Position numbers and translations under genes: made by a program
Part shown: positions 19,516-29,058 of the stretch, piece by piece
How the letters are laid out: each line of letters starts with the position of its first letter
Position numbering within the stretch: the first letter of the stretch is position 1
The notes under the pieces: generated by a model
The model's input: only the letters and a program-made list of their open reading frames with translations
Database searches by the model: none
What the model was told of the DNA's origin: nothing
Assembly (NCBI GenBank): GCA_029262065.1
Contig: JAJDAC010000023.1
Span: 3,828 to 67,827 of the forward strand
Reading direction: 5' to 3'
DNA from: Candidatus Krumholzibacteriota bacterium
GTDB lineage: Bacteria > Krumholzibacteriota > Krumholzibacteriia > JAJRXK01
DNA length: 64,000 nt

Positions 19516-21496
19516 ACGTATCGCCCATCTGGATCGCGTCCACCACGTCCATGCCGTGGGCAACCTTGCCGAAGATGGTGTAGCGCGCGTTCAGGTGAGG
19601 CTGCGGCGCGTGCGTGATGAACAGCTGGCAACCGCCCGTGTCCTTGCCCGAATGTGCAACTCCCACTACGCCGCGGTCGTACCGTTCGCGCGTCCACTCG
19701 CTGCGGATCGTGTAGCCCGGATCGCCCCATCCGGTACCCGTGGGATCGCCACCCTGGATCACGAAGTTCGGTACTACCCGATGGAACGTGACGTCGCGAA
19801 AAAATCCCGCTTCGGCCAGACGAGCGAAACTTTCCACCGTTTGTGGCGCTTCGCGCCCCAACAAGTCGATGTAGATGCGGCCACGTGACGTATCCAGCAC
19901 CAACTGCAGAGCGTTGCTCGCGGTAACAATCGCGGGCTGTTCTGGTGATCGTTCGACTTTGGTGAGGCGGGCCCGGATCTCGTCTTCATCGGCCAGGGCC
20001 GAGGCGTCGGCTTCGGGCAGAAGATTGAGCAGAGCGGTACGGGCAGCCAGGCGTAATCGCACGTCGCCGTTGCCCTCGAGAATTTTCTGCAACGGGACGA
20101 CGGCGGCCGGGACCTTCAAGATCCCCAGCGTGCTCACGACCTCCAGCCGCAGATCTCCGTGCGCGGTGGGGCGATTCAGCACGCTCAGCAACGCTTCGGC
20201 CGAGTCGGTGTCGTTCAACTGACCCAGGGCCTGGGCCGCAACCGTGGCCACGATCCAGTTGTCATCTTCGAGCAGATTGCGCAGGAGCGGTCGAGGAGCC
20301 TGCTCTTGGCAGTTGGCCAATCCTTCCACCGCCCGATGACGTATGGATTCGTGCCCTCGATCCTGGGCTGCTCTCACCAGGGTAGGTACGGCGGCGGGGT
20401 CGTCACTGTCGCCCAGGCGGGCTAACACGGTGCCCACGACCAGGAGGCTGGGATCGGTCAGGCCGGTTCGCAGGTTGCTGACGAGGGCGGCCGGTTCGGT
20501 GCAGCTGGCCAGCGCGTCGTACGCGGCCATGCGCACATCGACCACGGGGTCGGCGGTGTGCAGTCGGATGGATCCGGTGGCCTTTTCATCGCCGATGCGC
20601 CCCAGCGCTTGCAACGCGGCGGCGCGCACGTGGAACACCGAGTCTTGCGCGGCGGTGACGAGCGGGTCGATGGCGTTTTCGTTGCCCAGTCTTCCCAGGG
20701 CATCGGCGGCCATCACACGCAGTTGCCAGTCGGAATCGGCTTTCACCAGCGTCTGGGTCACGGTGTCGAGCGCCTCGGATGCCTCCAGGCGACCCAGGCT
20801 ACGCACCGCGTAACGCTTCACCAGGGAATCGGGGTGGCGGGTGAGTTCGCGCAGGCGCGGGACTGAACGGTCGGTCTCCGAGGGCAACTTTTCCATGGCA
20901 TAGGCGGCTCGCCACACCACGCTGGATTGATCGTCGTGCGTTGCTTCGAGCATGGCGTCGATGGAGGTGGAGTCGGCCAGCAGGGCCAGCGATTCGAGTG
21001 CCTGTTCGCGCACGTACGGGTGGTTGCGTTCCAACAGGGTCGACACCACCTGCGCGGTGCCGGCGGTAGTCGGCTGCAGACGCCCGAGGGCCAGGGCCAT
21101 CTCGCCCAGGGCACGGGGGTCGGTCTCATCGGGAAGCTGGCGAATGAGCGGACCACTTGCGCTTGGGTCGCCCAGGATGCCCAGGGCGAAAGCCACCTCG
21201 GCGCGGACCTCGGGGCGCTGGTCTTGCAACGCTCTTTCCAGCATCGGGCGGCCCTGGACGTCGCCGATGCGTCCCAGCGCGCGAGCCGCTTCCACCCGTA
21301 CCGCCGATCCGCCGTGGACCAGCAACAGGTTCAGGCTGTCGATCTCGGCCAGTCGGTGGTCTTCCCACTGCCGCACACGCAGGAGCTGCTCGTCGGTCCC
21401 CGGTTCGTAGCAGGCCGGTAGGACCACGACAGCCGCTATCACAACCAATACGCCAACCAGGGCAACCCATGTCGCCGATCCGTTGTACCTGACCAT
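19484..21496 (-). CDS. HEAT-repeat lipoprotein with C-terminal cyclophilin-type peptidyl-prolyl isomerase
   Basis: Lipobox-like LPAC; many VRxxAAxALGxxG repeats; FHRVVPNFVIQGGD, PHLNARYTIFGKV; 32-nt convergent overlap with the SLT gene. Confidence 0.92.
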   Translation of the reverse strand: MVRYNGSATWVALVGVLVVIAAVVVLPACYEPGTDEQLLRVRQWEDHRLAEIDSLNLLLVHGGSAVRVEAARALGRIGDVQGRPMLERALQDQRPEVRAEVAFALGILGDPSASGPLIRQLPDETDPRALGEMALALGRLQPTTAGTAQVVSTLLERNHPYVREQALESLALLADSTSIDAMLEATHDDQSSVVWRAAYAMEKLPSETDRSVPRLRELTRHPDSLVKRYAVRSLGRLEASEALDTVTQTLVKADSDWQLRVMAADALGRLGNENAIDPLVTAAQDSVFHVRAAALQALGRIGDEKATGSIRLHTADPVVDVRMAAYDALASCTEPAALVSNLRTGLTDPSLLVVGTVLARLGDSDDPAAVPTLVRAAQDRGHESIRHRAVEGLANCQEQAPRPLLRNLLEDDNWIVATVAAQALGQLNDTDSAEALLSVLNRPTAHGDLRLEVVSTLGILKVPAAVVPLQKILEGNGDVRLRLAARTALLNLLPEADASALADEDEIRARLTKVERSPEQPAIVTASNALQLVLDTSRGRIYIDLLGREAPQTVESFARLAEAGFFRDVTFHRVVPNFVIQGGDPTGTGWGDPGYTIRSEWTRERYDRGVVGVAHSGKDTGGCQLFITHAPQPHLNARYTIFGKVAHGMDVVDAIQMGDTFSAEVRWANP

Positions 21497-21683
21497 GGCA
21501 TCTCCCCGATGAGTCGAGCGTGTGGGGCGGCGGAGGAAGGTGAGCGTAGGGCCGATGGGTTGTGAGCGGCAACCTCTAGGTCTGGCTCCGCCACGTTTTC
21601 AGTTCTCGTCGGCATTGGATCGGCGTTGTTGCCCTGTTACGCTCGCTAGCCAGCACTTCTCCGGCTTCCGAGGTTTTCAGATC

Positions 21684-22460
21684 GTGCCACCGTCCGTTGC
21701 TCGCATTGTCCTGGCCTACGATGGCACCGACTTCCATGGTTGGCAGATTCAGCCCAACCTGCGGACAGTCCAGGGGGAGCTGATCGCGGGGTTGAAACGC
21801 CTGATAGACGTCGTTTCGGTGCCTCCGGGTGCCGGTCGAACCGATGCGGGGGTGCACGCCTGGGGCCAGGTCAGCTCCGTGACTTTGGCGCATCCCGACG
21901 ATGTGATCCGGCTGACCCGTGCGTTGCCACACATGATGCCCGACGACATCGTGATCCGGTCGATTGTGTTGGAAACTTCCGACTTCCACGCGCGCCATAG
22001 CGCCTGCGGTCGCCACTATCGGTACCGCATGCTCACGCTGGCTGATCCATCGCGCCGTCGCAGCCATCTGAATGTGGGCGGGGGCCTGGATCTCGAGGCA
22101 ATGGTCGAGGCGGCGAGCAGTCTGGTGGGCGACCACGATTGCACCAGTCTGTGCCGCCGGGCGTCGCTCGAGCCCGGCCGAACTCGTTGCGTCATCCACA
22201 CCAGCCGGCTTACGGTGGACGGCGACGAGCTGGTGCTCGACATCGCGGCCGACCGCTTCCTGCATTCCATGGTGCGCACGATTGTGGGAACGCTTCTCGA
22301 TGTGGGTCAGGGGCGGCGGCGCTCCGACTGTTTTTCGTCCATCTTGTCGGCAATGGATCGAGGCGCGGCGGGCCCCACGGCGGCCCCCCATGGTCTGTAC
22401 CTGCATTCGGTGAAGTACGATTCTGAGTGCTCCGCTCCCCCGGAGGATCATGCGATATAG
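21684..22460 (+). CDS. truA: tRNA pseudouridine(38-40) synthase
   Basis: AYDGTDFHGWQIQP, GAGRTDAGVHAWGQ, FHARHSA, FLHSMVRTIVG, TAAPHGLYL. Confidence 0.95.
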   Translation: MPPSVARIVLAYDGTDFHGWQIQPNLRTVQGELIAGLKRLIDVVSVPPGAGRTDAGVHAWGQVSSVTLAHPDDVIRLTRALPHMMPDDIVIRSIVLETSDFHARHSACGRHYRYRMLTLADPSRRRSHLNVGGGLDLEAMVEAASSLVGDHDCTSLCRRASLEPGRTRCVIHTSRLTVDGDELVLDIAADRFLHSMVRTIVGTLLDVGQGRRRSDCFSSILSAMDRGAAGPTAAPHGLYLHSVKYDSECSAPPEDHAI

Positions 22461-22470
22461 GAGACCAACC

Positions 22471-23115
22471 ATGCAGCTCTACCTGGAGAGTGCGGACCCC
22501 GACACGGTGCGCGAAGCCATGACCTGGAGCATTGTGGATGGGGTGGCCACATCGCCGCCGCTGCTGGCGCGAGCCGCCGGATCCTCTGAGGACCTGGTGA
22601 AAGAGCTCTGCGGCGTCGTAAATGGCCCGGTCTTCGTGGACGTAACATCGACTGACAGTGCGAACATGATCGAAGAGGCGCAGCTGTTGGCTAGCTTGGA
22701 CGACCGCGTCATCGTGCGCATTCCCTGCTCGAACACCGGCATTCCGGCCATCTCGGCGCTCGCCCAACAGCGTATTACGGTGGAGGCCGGATTGTGCTTC
22801 TCGCTTTCGCAGGCGTTGCTGGCCGCCAAGGCGGGGGCCAGGCTGGTTTCGCCCGCCGTGGGTGCCATGGATGCGGCCGGCGGAGACGGTCTCGCCCTGT
22901 TGGGCGCCATGATGACCATGCTCGATCAGTACGAAATGAAGGCCAGTGTGCACGCCGGCGGCCTGGAGCACCCGGGTCACGTGGCCGAAGCGGCCCGCAT
23001 GGGGGCCGACGGCGCCACGGTGTCGCTGGATCTGTTGGGGAAGCTGGCCGATCACCCCCTGACGCACGCGATGCGTGAGGGACAGCTGGACCAGTGGCGG
23101 CGAGCCCAGAATTAG
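22471..23115 (+). CDS. transaldolase/fructose-6-phosphate aldolase family protein with substituted active site (probable pseudoenzyme)
   Basis: Colinear with TalC/FSA (FSLSQALLAAKAGA, HPLT) but VVKIP is VRIP, TTNP is ATSP and GRLDD is GAMDA. Confidence 0.85.
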   Translation: MQLYLESADPDTVREAMTWSIVDGVATSPPLLARAAGSSEDLVKELCGVVNGPVFVDVTSTDSANMIEEAQLLASLDDRVIVRIPCSNTGIPAISALAQQRITVEAGLCFSLSQALLAAKAGARLVSPAVGAMDAAGGDGLALLGAMMTMLDQYEMKASVHAGGLEHPGHVAEAARMGADGATVSLDLLGKLADHPLTHAMREGQLDQWRRAQN

Positions 23116-23152
23116 GGAACTGGTCCGCGTCTGGACGGTTGAAAGTAGAAGA

Positions 23153-24355
23153 ATGATGTCCGACAACAACCGCCTACCCTATGTCGTGGGAGCTCTCATG
23201 GGCCTGGCCCTGGGAGTATCCGTGCTGCTGTATTTCAGCCTGACCCAGCGCGGTGGTGAGCTACCCGTGCAAACCGGCGAATCGACCACTGGTTCCACCG
23301 ATTGGACAGACGCCGGTCCCGGTTTCAGCCCATCCCAGGTGATTTCCGACCAACGCGGGAACGCCATCGTCGAGGCCACCCGACGGGTTTCGCCGGCGGT
23401 GGTCAGCATCAACTCGATTCGTTCAGGCGCCACTACCCGGGTCATGCCGTTGCTGGACCTGTACACGCGGTCTCCACCCCAGAATGTCGGCGTGGGCAGC
23501 GGTTTCATCGTCGACGATCGTGGCTACATCTTGACCAACGAACACGTGATTCGCGAAGGCGATCAAGTGGTGGTCACGCTCAACAACGGTGAGCACTACG
23601 CGGCCGACATCCTGGGGCGCAGTGCCAAGTTCGATCTGGCGGTCCTGAAGATCCGCGGCGAAGAGATTCACGGTCTACCCGTGGTCGAGCTGGGCGACAG
23701 CGACGACGTCCTGGTAGGCGAGTGGGCCATCGCGATCGGCTCGCCGTTTGGGTATCTGCTGGACGACAGCAGCCCCACGGTCACCGTGGGTGTGATCAGC
23801 GCGGTGGGTCGTGACCTCAAGATGAACCAACCCTTGTACCTGGACATGATCCAGACCGACGCGGCCATCAACCAGGGCAACAGCGGTGGTCCTCTCGTGA
23901 ACAGCTTGGGTCAGGTGGTTGGTATCAACGCGTTCATCCTGAGTGAGACCGGCGGCTCCGTCGGGGTGAGCTTTGCCATCCCCGCCAATCGCGGGCGATG
24001 GGTGCTCGAGGAGATCCTGAAGTACGGAAGAATTCGCGAGTTCTACGCGGGTATGACCGGGGCTTTCCTATCGCCCTACCAGCGTCAAGACCTGCCGGAC
24101 GATGTACCCGATGGCTGGGCGGTATCCAACGTCGTTACCGGCTCGCCGGCCCACGAGGCGGGTATTCGAACCGGCGATATCCTGCGCGTGATCAACGGCG
24201 AACCCATCGTCAACAACCGTGCGTTGGTTCGCCGGTTGTACGAGGCTCGCGTAGGCGCCGTGCTGGAGTTCGTGGTGTGGCGCCACGGAAAAGGCGAGTT
24301 CCCGGCCCGGTTGACCCTGGTGGAGAGTCCGACCGGACCGAGACTTCAGCCCTGA
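23153..24355 (+). CDS. HtrA/DegP family serine protease with one PDZ domain
   Basis: TM anchor; GSGFIV, LTNEHV, DLAVLKI, IQTDAAINQGNSGGPL; C-terminal PDZ. Confidence 0.95.
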   Translation: MMSDNNRLPYVVGALMGLALGVSVLLYFSLTQRGGELPVQTGESTTGSTDWTDAGPGFSPSQVISDQRGNAIVEATRRVSPAVVSINSIRSGATTRVMPLLDLYTRSPPQNVGVGSGFIVDDRGYILTNEHVIREGDQVVVTLNNGEHYAADILGRSAKFDLAVLKIRGEEIHGLPVVELGDSDDVLVGEWAIAIGSPFGYLLDDSSPTVTVGVISAVGRDLKMNQPLYLDMIQTDAAINQGNSGGPLVNSLGQVVGINAFILSETGGSVGVSFAIPANRGRWVLEEILKYGRIREFYAGMTGAFLSPYQRQDLPDDVPDGWAVSNVVTGSPAHEAGIRTGDILRVINGEPIVNNRALVRRLYEARVGAVLEFVVWRHGKGEFPARLTLVESPTGPRLQP

Positions 24356-24373
24356 TCGTCGGTCAGCATTCGG

Positions 24374-24895
24374 CTACTGAAACCGCGCCTTCAGTTCGCT
24401 CCAGCTTGCGCTTACCACGGGCACCGAACAGGCCGAGGGCCCCTGGATTCGCACACCCATGAAGGTGAAGTTGGCGCAGAAGTCCTCGAGTTCCAGGCAT
24501 TTTCCCGAGTAGGTAACGGTCTGTTGGCCCGAGCCGGACACCGTCGTGCCGCTGACGGTATAGGTTTGCGTCAGCTCGAAATCGGCGGTGCAGCCGGGGA
24601 AGATCGGTGTCTCGAGATCGCTGCATTCGATCTCAATGGTGTTGCCATTGATGACCGTCGTGCACTCGCTCTCGAATTCCTCGTCGGGAGTCTCGATGCA
24701 GTCGTTCGAGCAGATCGTGTCGGTGAAGGTGTTGCTGGTCAGGACCTCTTCCGTTTCGCATATCGTGACTTCGCTCGTGATTTCCCATTCTCCAAACCAC
24801 TGGGCTCCCACTTCTTCGTCGTTGGCGTGGGCGTGGGAAAGAGAGAGGCCGAGAACCAAGACGACCGTCGCGAGGGTTCGATTCCAAGATGTCAT
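24374..24895 (-). CDS. exported acidic Cys-rich protein with C-terminal SWSELKARFQ motif
   Basis: ATG at 24895; signal peptide ending AHA; 9 Cys; beta-strand pattern; tail resembles the proteins at 10962 and 11679. Confidence 0.85.
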   Translation of the reverse strand: MTSWNRTLATVVLVLGLSLSHAHANDEEVGAQWFGEWEITSEVTICETEEVLTSNTFTDTICSNDCIETPDEEFESECTTVINGNTIEIECSDLETPIFPGCTADFELTQTYTVSGTTVSGSGQQTVTYSGKCLELEDFCANFTFMGVRIQGPSACSVPVVSASWSELKARFQ

Positions 24896-25018
24896 GCGTG
24901 GGCTCCGTTTCCAGTTGATGCCATATTCCCCCCAACGGGAATGATACCATGGATGTTGAGCCCATTTCCGCAACGCCGTGCTTGACCGCAGGCGCTCAGA
25001 CGTTAACTTTTCCCCGCC

Positions 25019-26311
25019 ATGATCGAACGCTATCAGACATCAGAAATGCGCGACCTGTGGTCGGACCGCCGGAAGTACGAAATCTGGCGCGACGTAGAGG
25101 TCGCGGCCTGCGACGCGCTGGCCGAGCTGGGGCATATTCCCAAGGAAGCGGCGCGTAACATCGCCCAGAAAGCCGACTTCGACGAAGCGCGCGTGCTCGA
25201 GATCGAGAATACCGTCCACCACGACGTCATCGCCTTCCTGACCAACATGGCCGAGTACATCGGCCCCGACAGTCGGTGGGTTCATTTGGGCATGACCAGC
25301 AGCGATCTGCTGGACACCACGTTGGCCGTGCAGTGCAAGGAAGCGGGCGAGCTCATCCTGGGTGAGTTGGAGCGGTTGACCCAGGTAGTGATTGCCCGCG
25401 CGCAGGAGCATCGCCGCACCATCATGATGGGCCGGTCGCACGGCGTTCACGCCGAGCCGACCACGTTCGGCCTGAAGCTCCTGGTATGGGCCGATCAGCT
25501 GAAGCGAGATCGGCGACGACTCAAGGCGTCGCTGCGTACGGTGGCGGTGGGACAGATCAGTGGACCGGTCGGGACCTTCGCGCACATCGACCCGTTGGTA
25601 GAAAAAACCGTGTGCGAGCGGCTTGGCCTGGAAGTGTCGCCGGTCAGCACGCAGGTGGTGCAGCGCGATCGTCATGCCGAATTCATGAACGCGCTGGCGC
25701 TGTTGGGCGCCACCATGGAAACCATGGCCATCGAGATTCGTCACCTGCAGCGCACCGAAGTGCACGAGGTGGAGGAGCCGTTCGGCAAGGGGCAAAAGGG
25801 CAGCAGCGCCATGCCCCACAAGAAGAATCCCATTCTTACCGAACGTCTCACCGGTATGGCTCGGCTGCTGCGTACCAACGCACAGGCGGCGTTGGAAAAC
25901 GTGGCGCTGTGGCACGAGCGCGACATCAGTCACAGCTCGGTCGAGCGCGTGATCCTTCCCGATTCCACCACCCTTGCCCACTACATGTTGGGCAAGGCGA
26001 TCTTCCTCATGGAAGGGTTGGTGGTGTTTCCCGAGCGTATGGAACAGAACCTCGAGAGCACCCACGGGTTGTACCACTCGGGTGCGGTGCTATTGGCCCT
26101 GGCCAAGGCCGGGGTGTCGCGCGAAGACGCGTACGCGGCGGTGCAGAAGGCGGCCATGCAGTGCTGGGAGACCGGCCGATCGTTCGAGGAGCTGGCGCGC
26201 GAAGCGCCCGACATAGACTTACCCGCCGCGGAGATGGACGCGTGTTTCTCGCGTGAGCGTCACATGGCGCACGTGGATACGTTGTTCGATCGGGTGCTGG
26301 GCGCGTCCTAG
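25019..26311 (+). CDS. purB: adenylosuccinate lyase
   Basis: MIERY, HDVIAF, HLGMTSSD, GRSHGVHAEPTTFG, GSSAMPHKKNP, LWHERDISHSSVER. Confidence 0.97.
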   Translation: MIERYQTSEMRDLWSDRRKYEIWRDVEVAACDALAELGHIPKEAARNIAQKADFDEARVLEIENTVHHDVIAFLTNMAEYIGPDSRWVHLGMTSSDLLDTTLAVQCKEAGELILGELERLTQVVIARAQEHRRTIMMGRSHGVHAEPTTFGLKLLVWADQLKRDRRRLKASLRTVAVGQISGPVGTFAHIDPLVEKTVCERLGLEVSPVSTQVVQRDRHAEFMNALALLGATMETMAIEIRHLQRTEVHEVEEPFGKGQKGSSAMPHKKNPILTERLTGMARLLRTNAQAALENVALWHERDISHSSVERVILPDSTTLAHYMLGKAIFLMEGLVVFPERMEQNLESTHGLYHSGAVLLALAKAGVSREDAYAAVQKAAMQCWETGRSFEELAREAPDIDLPAAEMDACFSRERHMAHVDTLFDRVLGAS

Positions 26312-26409
26312 GCGGTCGAATCCCGAGTGTACCCGGGTGCACCTGCCAGTGTGAAAAGGCGCCCCGCGGAGGATTCTTTCGAAGCACTCCGCGAGACGCA
26401 GTCAGACCA

Positions 26410-26578
26410 CTACTGGCAAGGGCTTATCGAGAAGCTGCCCTCGTCACATGCGTTGTACACCGTGATTCCCCGCGTGGGCTCGATGATGATCCCGCTGGGC
26501 GCCGTGTACTCGGCGATGACGTAGGTCCCCGGGGGGAACGTCTTCCAGACGTGGGGCGCACTGAAGGTCAGATTCTGA
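26410..26578 (-). pseudogene. 3' remnant of an unknown gene (or a small ORF) between purB and purL
   Basis: About 55 codons with strong third-position GC bias (LTFSAPHVWKTFPPGTYVIAEYTAPSG...CDEGSFSISPCQ*); in-frame TAG at 26610-26608 and no convincing start or RBS. Confidence 0.45.
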
Positions 26579-26662
26579 CCCCCTCTGGCGCGCCCCAACG
26601 ACCTGTGCTAGCTTCCCGTCTCACCGAACCCCGCCCACGCTCAACCCGCGCGAGATCATGGC

Positions 26663-29056
26663 ATGAGCCGTGTCCCCGTGAGCACGCTTGACGACGACGC
26701 GCTCGGCACTGCCCTGCGCGCGCTGTCCCTCACCCTGCAGTTGACCGAGGCCCGTCGCGTGGCCGAGCTGCTGGGTCGCGACCCCACCGAAACCGAACTT
26801 ACGCTGTTCGACACCATGTGGAGCGAACACTGTTCCTACAAGAGCAGTCGCAACGTGTTGAAGAAGCACCTGCCTACCGACGCCGGCAACGTCATCCTGG
26901 GTCCCGGTGAAGACGCCGGCATCTTTCGCCTGGCTGAAATAGACGGGGTTTCCTGGTCCGTCGCCGTGGCGCATGAAAGCCACAATCACCCGTCGCAGGT
27001 CATGCCGGTTGAAGGCGCGGCCACGGGCATCGGCGGCGTGGTACGCGATGTGTACTGCATGGGGGCCGACGTCATTGCCACGCTCGACCCGCTGCGTTTT
27101 GGCAATCCGCAGGGCGCCAACGCCGAGCGCAGTCGCGAGATCACGCGTGAGGTCATGGAAGGCATCGCCATGTACGGCAACGCCCTGGGTGTGCCGAACC
27201 TGGGCGGCGATGTGGTGTTCGACGACTGCTTCGATGACAACTGTCTGGTGAACGTAGTGGCCGTGGGCCTGGTGCGCGAAGATCGCATCGTGCGTAGTCG
27301 CGTACCCAATGCCGCGCGCAACGAGCCCTACGACTTCATCCTGGTGGGCAAGCCCACCGACTGGAGCGGCATGGGCGGTGCGGCCTTCGCGTCGGCCGAC
27401 CTGGATCACGCCGCGGCCCTGGAAAATCGCGGCAGCGTTCAGGTCGCCGATCCGTTCCTGAAGCGAATGCTGGTGGTGGCCAACCAGGCCATGCTGGATA
27501 TGGTCGCAGAGTTGGGGGTGGAAATCGGTTTCAAGGATCTGGGGGCCGGCGGTATTGCCTGCGTTTCCAGCGAGATGGCCGATGCCGGCGGCTTCGGTAT
27601 AGAAATAGACCTGGCGCTGGCGAGCCTGGCCGAAGAAGACTTGCCCAGTCGCGTGGCCGCGTGCAGCGAAACGCAGGAGCGATTCGGTTTGGCGGTGCCG
27701 GCCCGTTTGACCGAGCAGGTATTGGATCTGTACAACGAGCAGTTCGAGTTGCCCGCCATGTACGAAGGTGCGGGCGCGGCCCGGCTCGGACACATTCTCG
27801 TTCCCGATTCGCCCGACACCGCCATGTACCGGTTGCGCCGCGGCGACGAAATGCTCGTCGAAGCGCCGCTCAAGACCATTACCGAAGGCGTGTTGTACGA
27901 CCGGCCCGCGAAGGCCCGTTCGATCGACCGCAGCAAGAATGACCTGCCGCTGAACGATCGATCGGTGGGTGACGATCTGCGCGCTCTCATGGCGTCACCG
28001 CACCTTTGCAGTCGCCGCGCGCTCTACCAACACTACGATTGCGAAGTGAAGGCCCAGACGGTGCTGCGTCCGGGTGAAGCCGATGCCGGTGTCGTGGCGC
28101 CCGTGCCGGGTTCGGCCGTGGGCTTGGCCATGACCTGCGATGGCAACCCCCGCATCAGTCGCGTCGATCCATACCTGGGCGGCCTGTACGCGGTGGTGGA
28201 ATCGGTGCGCAACGTCGTGGCCGTGGGCGCGGTGCCATCGGCCGTGACCGATTGTCTGAATTATGGCAACCCCGAGGTCCCCGAGGTCTTCCACGATTTC
28301 CGTGAGGGCGTGCGGGGTATCGGCGACGCCTGCCGTGGCATCGGTCGGCTCGAAGCGCCGGACGAAGCCCTGCCCGTGATCAGTGGCAACGTCAGCTTCT
28401 ACAATCAGAGTTCCACCGGACGAGCTATCTCGCCTTCACCCATCGTGGCCTGCCTGGGCACCATCTCCGATGTATCGCGGTGCCGTAGTCTGGCCTTCAA
28501 GCAGGCGGGAAGTTGGATCGTGCGGGTGGGCGCTTTTTCGCCCCAGCTCGGCGGCAGCGTCCTGGCGCAATACGTCGACCCCAAGTGGGTAGGTTCGGTC
28601 GCGGCTCCCGACTTCAACGCCATTCGCGGCGAGCTGCGCGTGGTGCTCGAATCTTTCCTGCACGGCTGGATCACCGCCGCCCACGACGTTTCCGATGGGG
28701 GCACGTCGTCCGCCCTGGTGGACATGGCGTTGGGCGCGGAGAGTCGCGGACGACTGGGATTCTCGGTGGACCTGACCCCGTGGGTGGAAGAATCCAACGC
28801 GCATGCCGCCATGTTTGCCGAAGCCGGCGGCTTCCTGCTGGAAGTGGATCCTGTCCACGGCGAGGACGTGCTGAACGCGGCCAAGCGCCACGGTGCGTTC
28901 GCCCAGCGCATCGGCGAGGTGACCGAAGATTCCACGGCGATCTTCACTGGCCTGGATGCCGCGGGTGCCGACCTTCGGGTGCCGTTGGAAGAGTTGGCCG
29001 CCGCGCGTGAGGGAACGATGCCACGCCTGTTGAGTCGCGAAGAAGGGGAGGGCTGA
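26663..29056 (+). CDS. purL: phosphoribosylformylglycinamidine synthase subunit PurL (small type)
   Basis: MWSEHCSYKSS, HESHNHPS, GAATGIGG, DLGAGGI, TDCLNYGNPE, ISGNVSFYN, HDVSDGG. Confidence 0.97.
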   Translation: MSRVPVSTLDDDALGTALRALSLTLQLTEARRVAELLGRDPTETELTLFDTMWSEHCSYKSSRNVLKKHLPTDAGNVILGPGEDAGIFRLAEIDGVSWSVAVAHESHNHPSQVMPVEGAATGIGGVVRDVYCMGADVIATLDPLRFGNPQGANAERSREITREVMEGIAMYGNALGVPNLGGDVVFDDCFDDNCLVNVVAVGLVREDRIVRSRVPNAARNEPYDFILVGKPTDWSGMGGAAFASADLDHAAALENRGSVQVADPFLKRMLVVANQAMLDMVAELGVEIGFKDLGAGGIACVSSEMADAGGFGIEIDLALASLAEEDLPSRVAACSETQERFGLAVPARLTEQVLDLYNEQFELPAMYEGAGAARLGHILVPDSPDTAMYRLRRGDEMLVEAPLKTITEGVLYDRPAKARSIDRSKNDLPLNDRSVGDDLRALMASPHLCSRRALYQHYDCEVKAQTVLRPGEADAGVVAPVPGSAVGLAMTCDGNPRISRVDPYLGGLYAVVESVRNVVAVGAVPSAVTDCLNYGNPEVPEVFHDFREGVRGIGDACRGIGRLEAPDEALPVISGNVSFYNQSSTGRAISPSPIVACLGTISDVSRCRSLAFKQAGSWIVRVGAFSPQLGGSVLAQYVDPKWVGSVAAPDFNAIRGELRVVLESFLHGWITAAHDVSDGGTSSALVDMALGAESRGRLGFSVDLTPWVEESNAHAAMFAEAGGFLLEVDPVHGEDVLNAAKRHGAFAQRIGEVTEDSTAIFTGLDAAGADLRVPLEELAAAREGTMPRLLSREEGEG

Positions 29057-29058
29057 AC

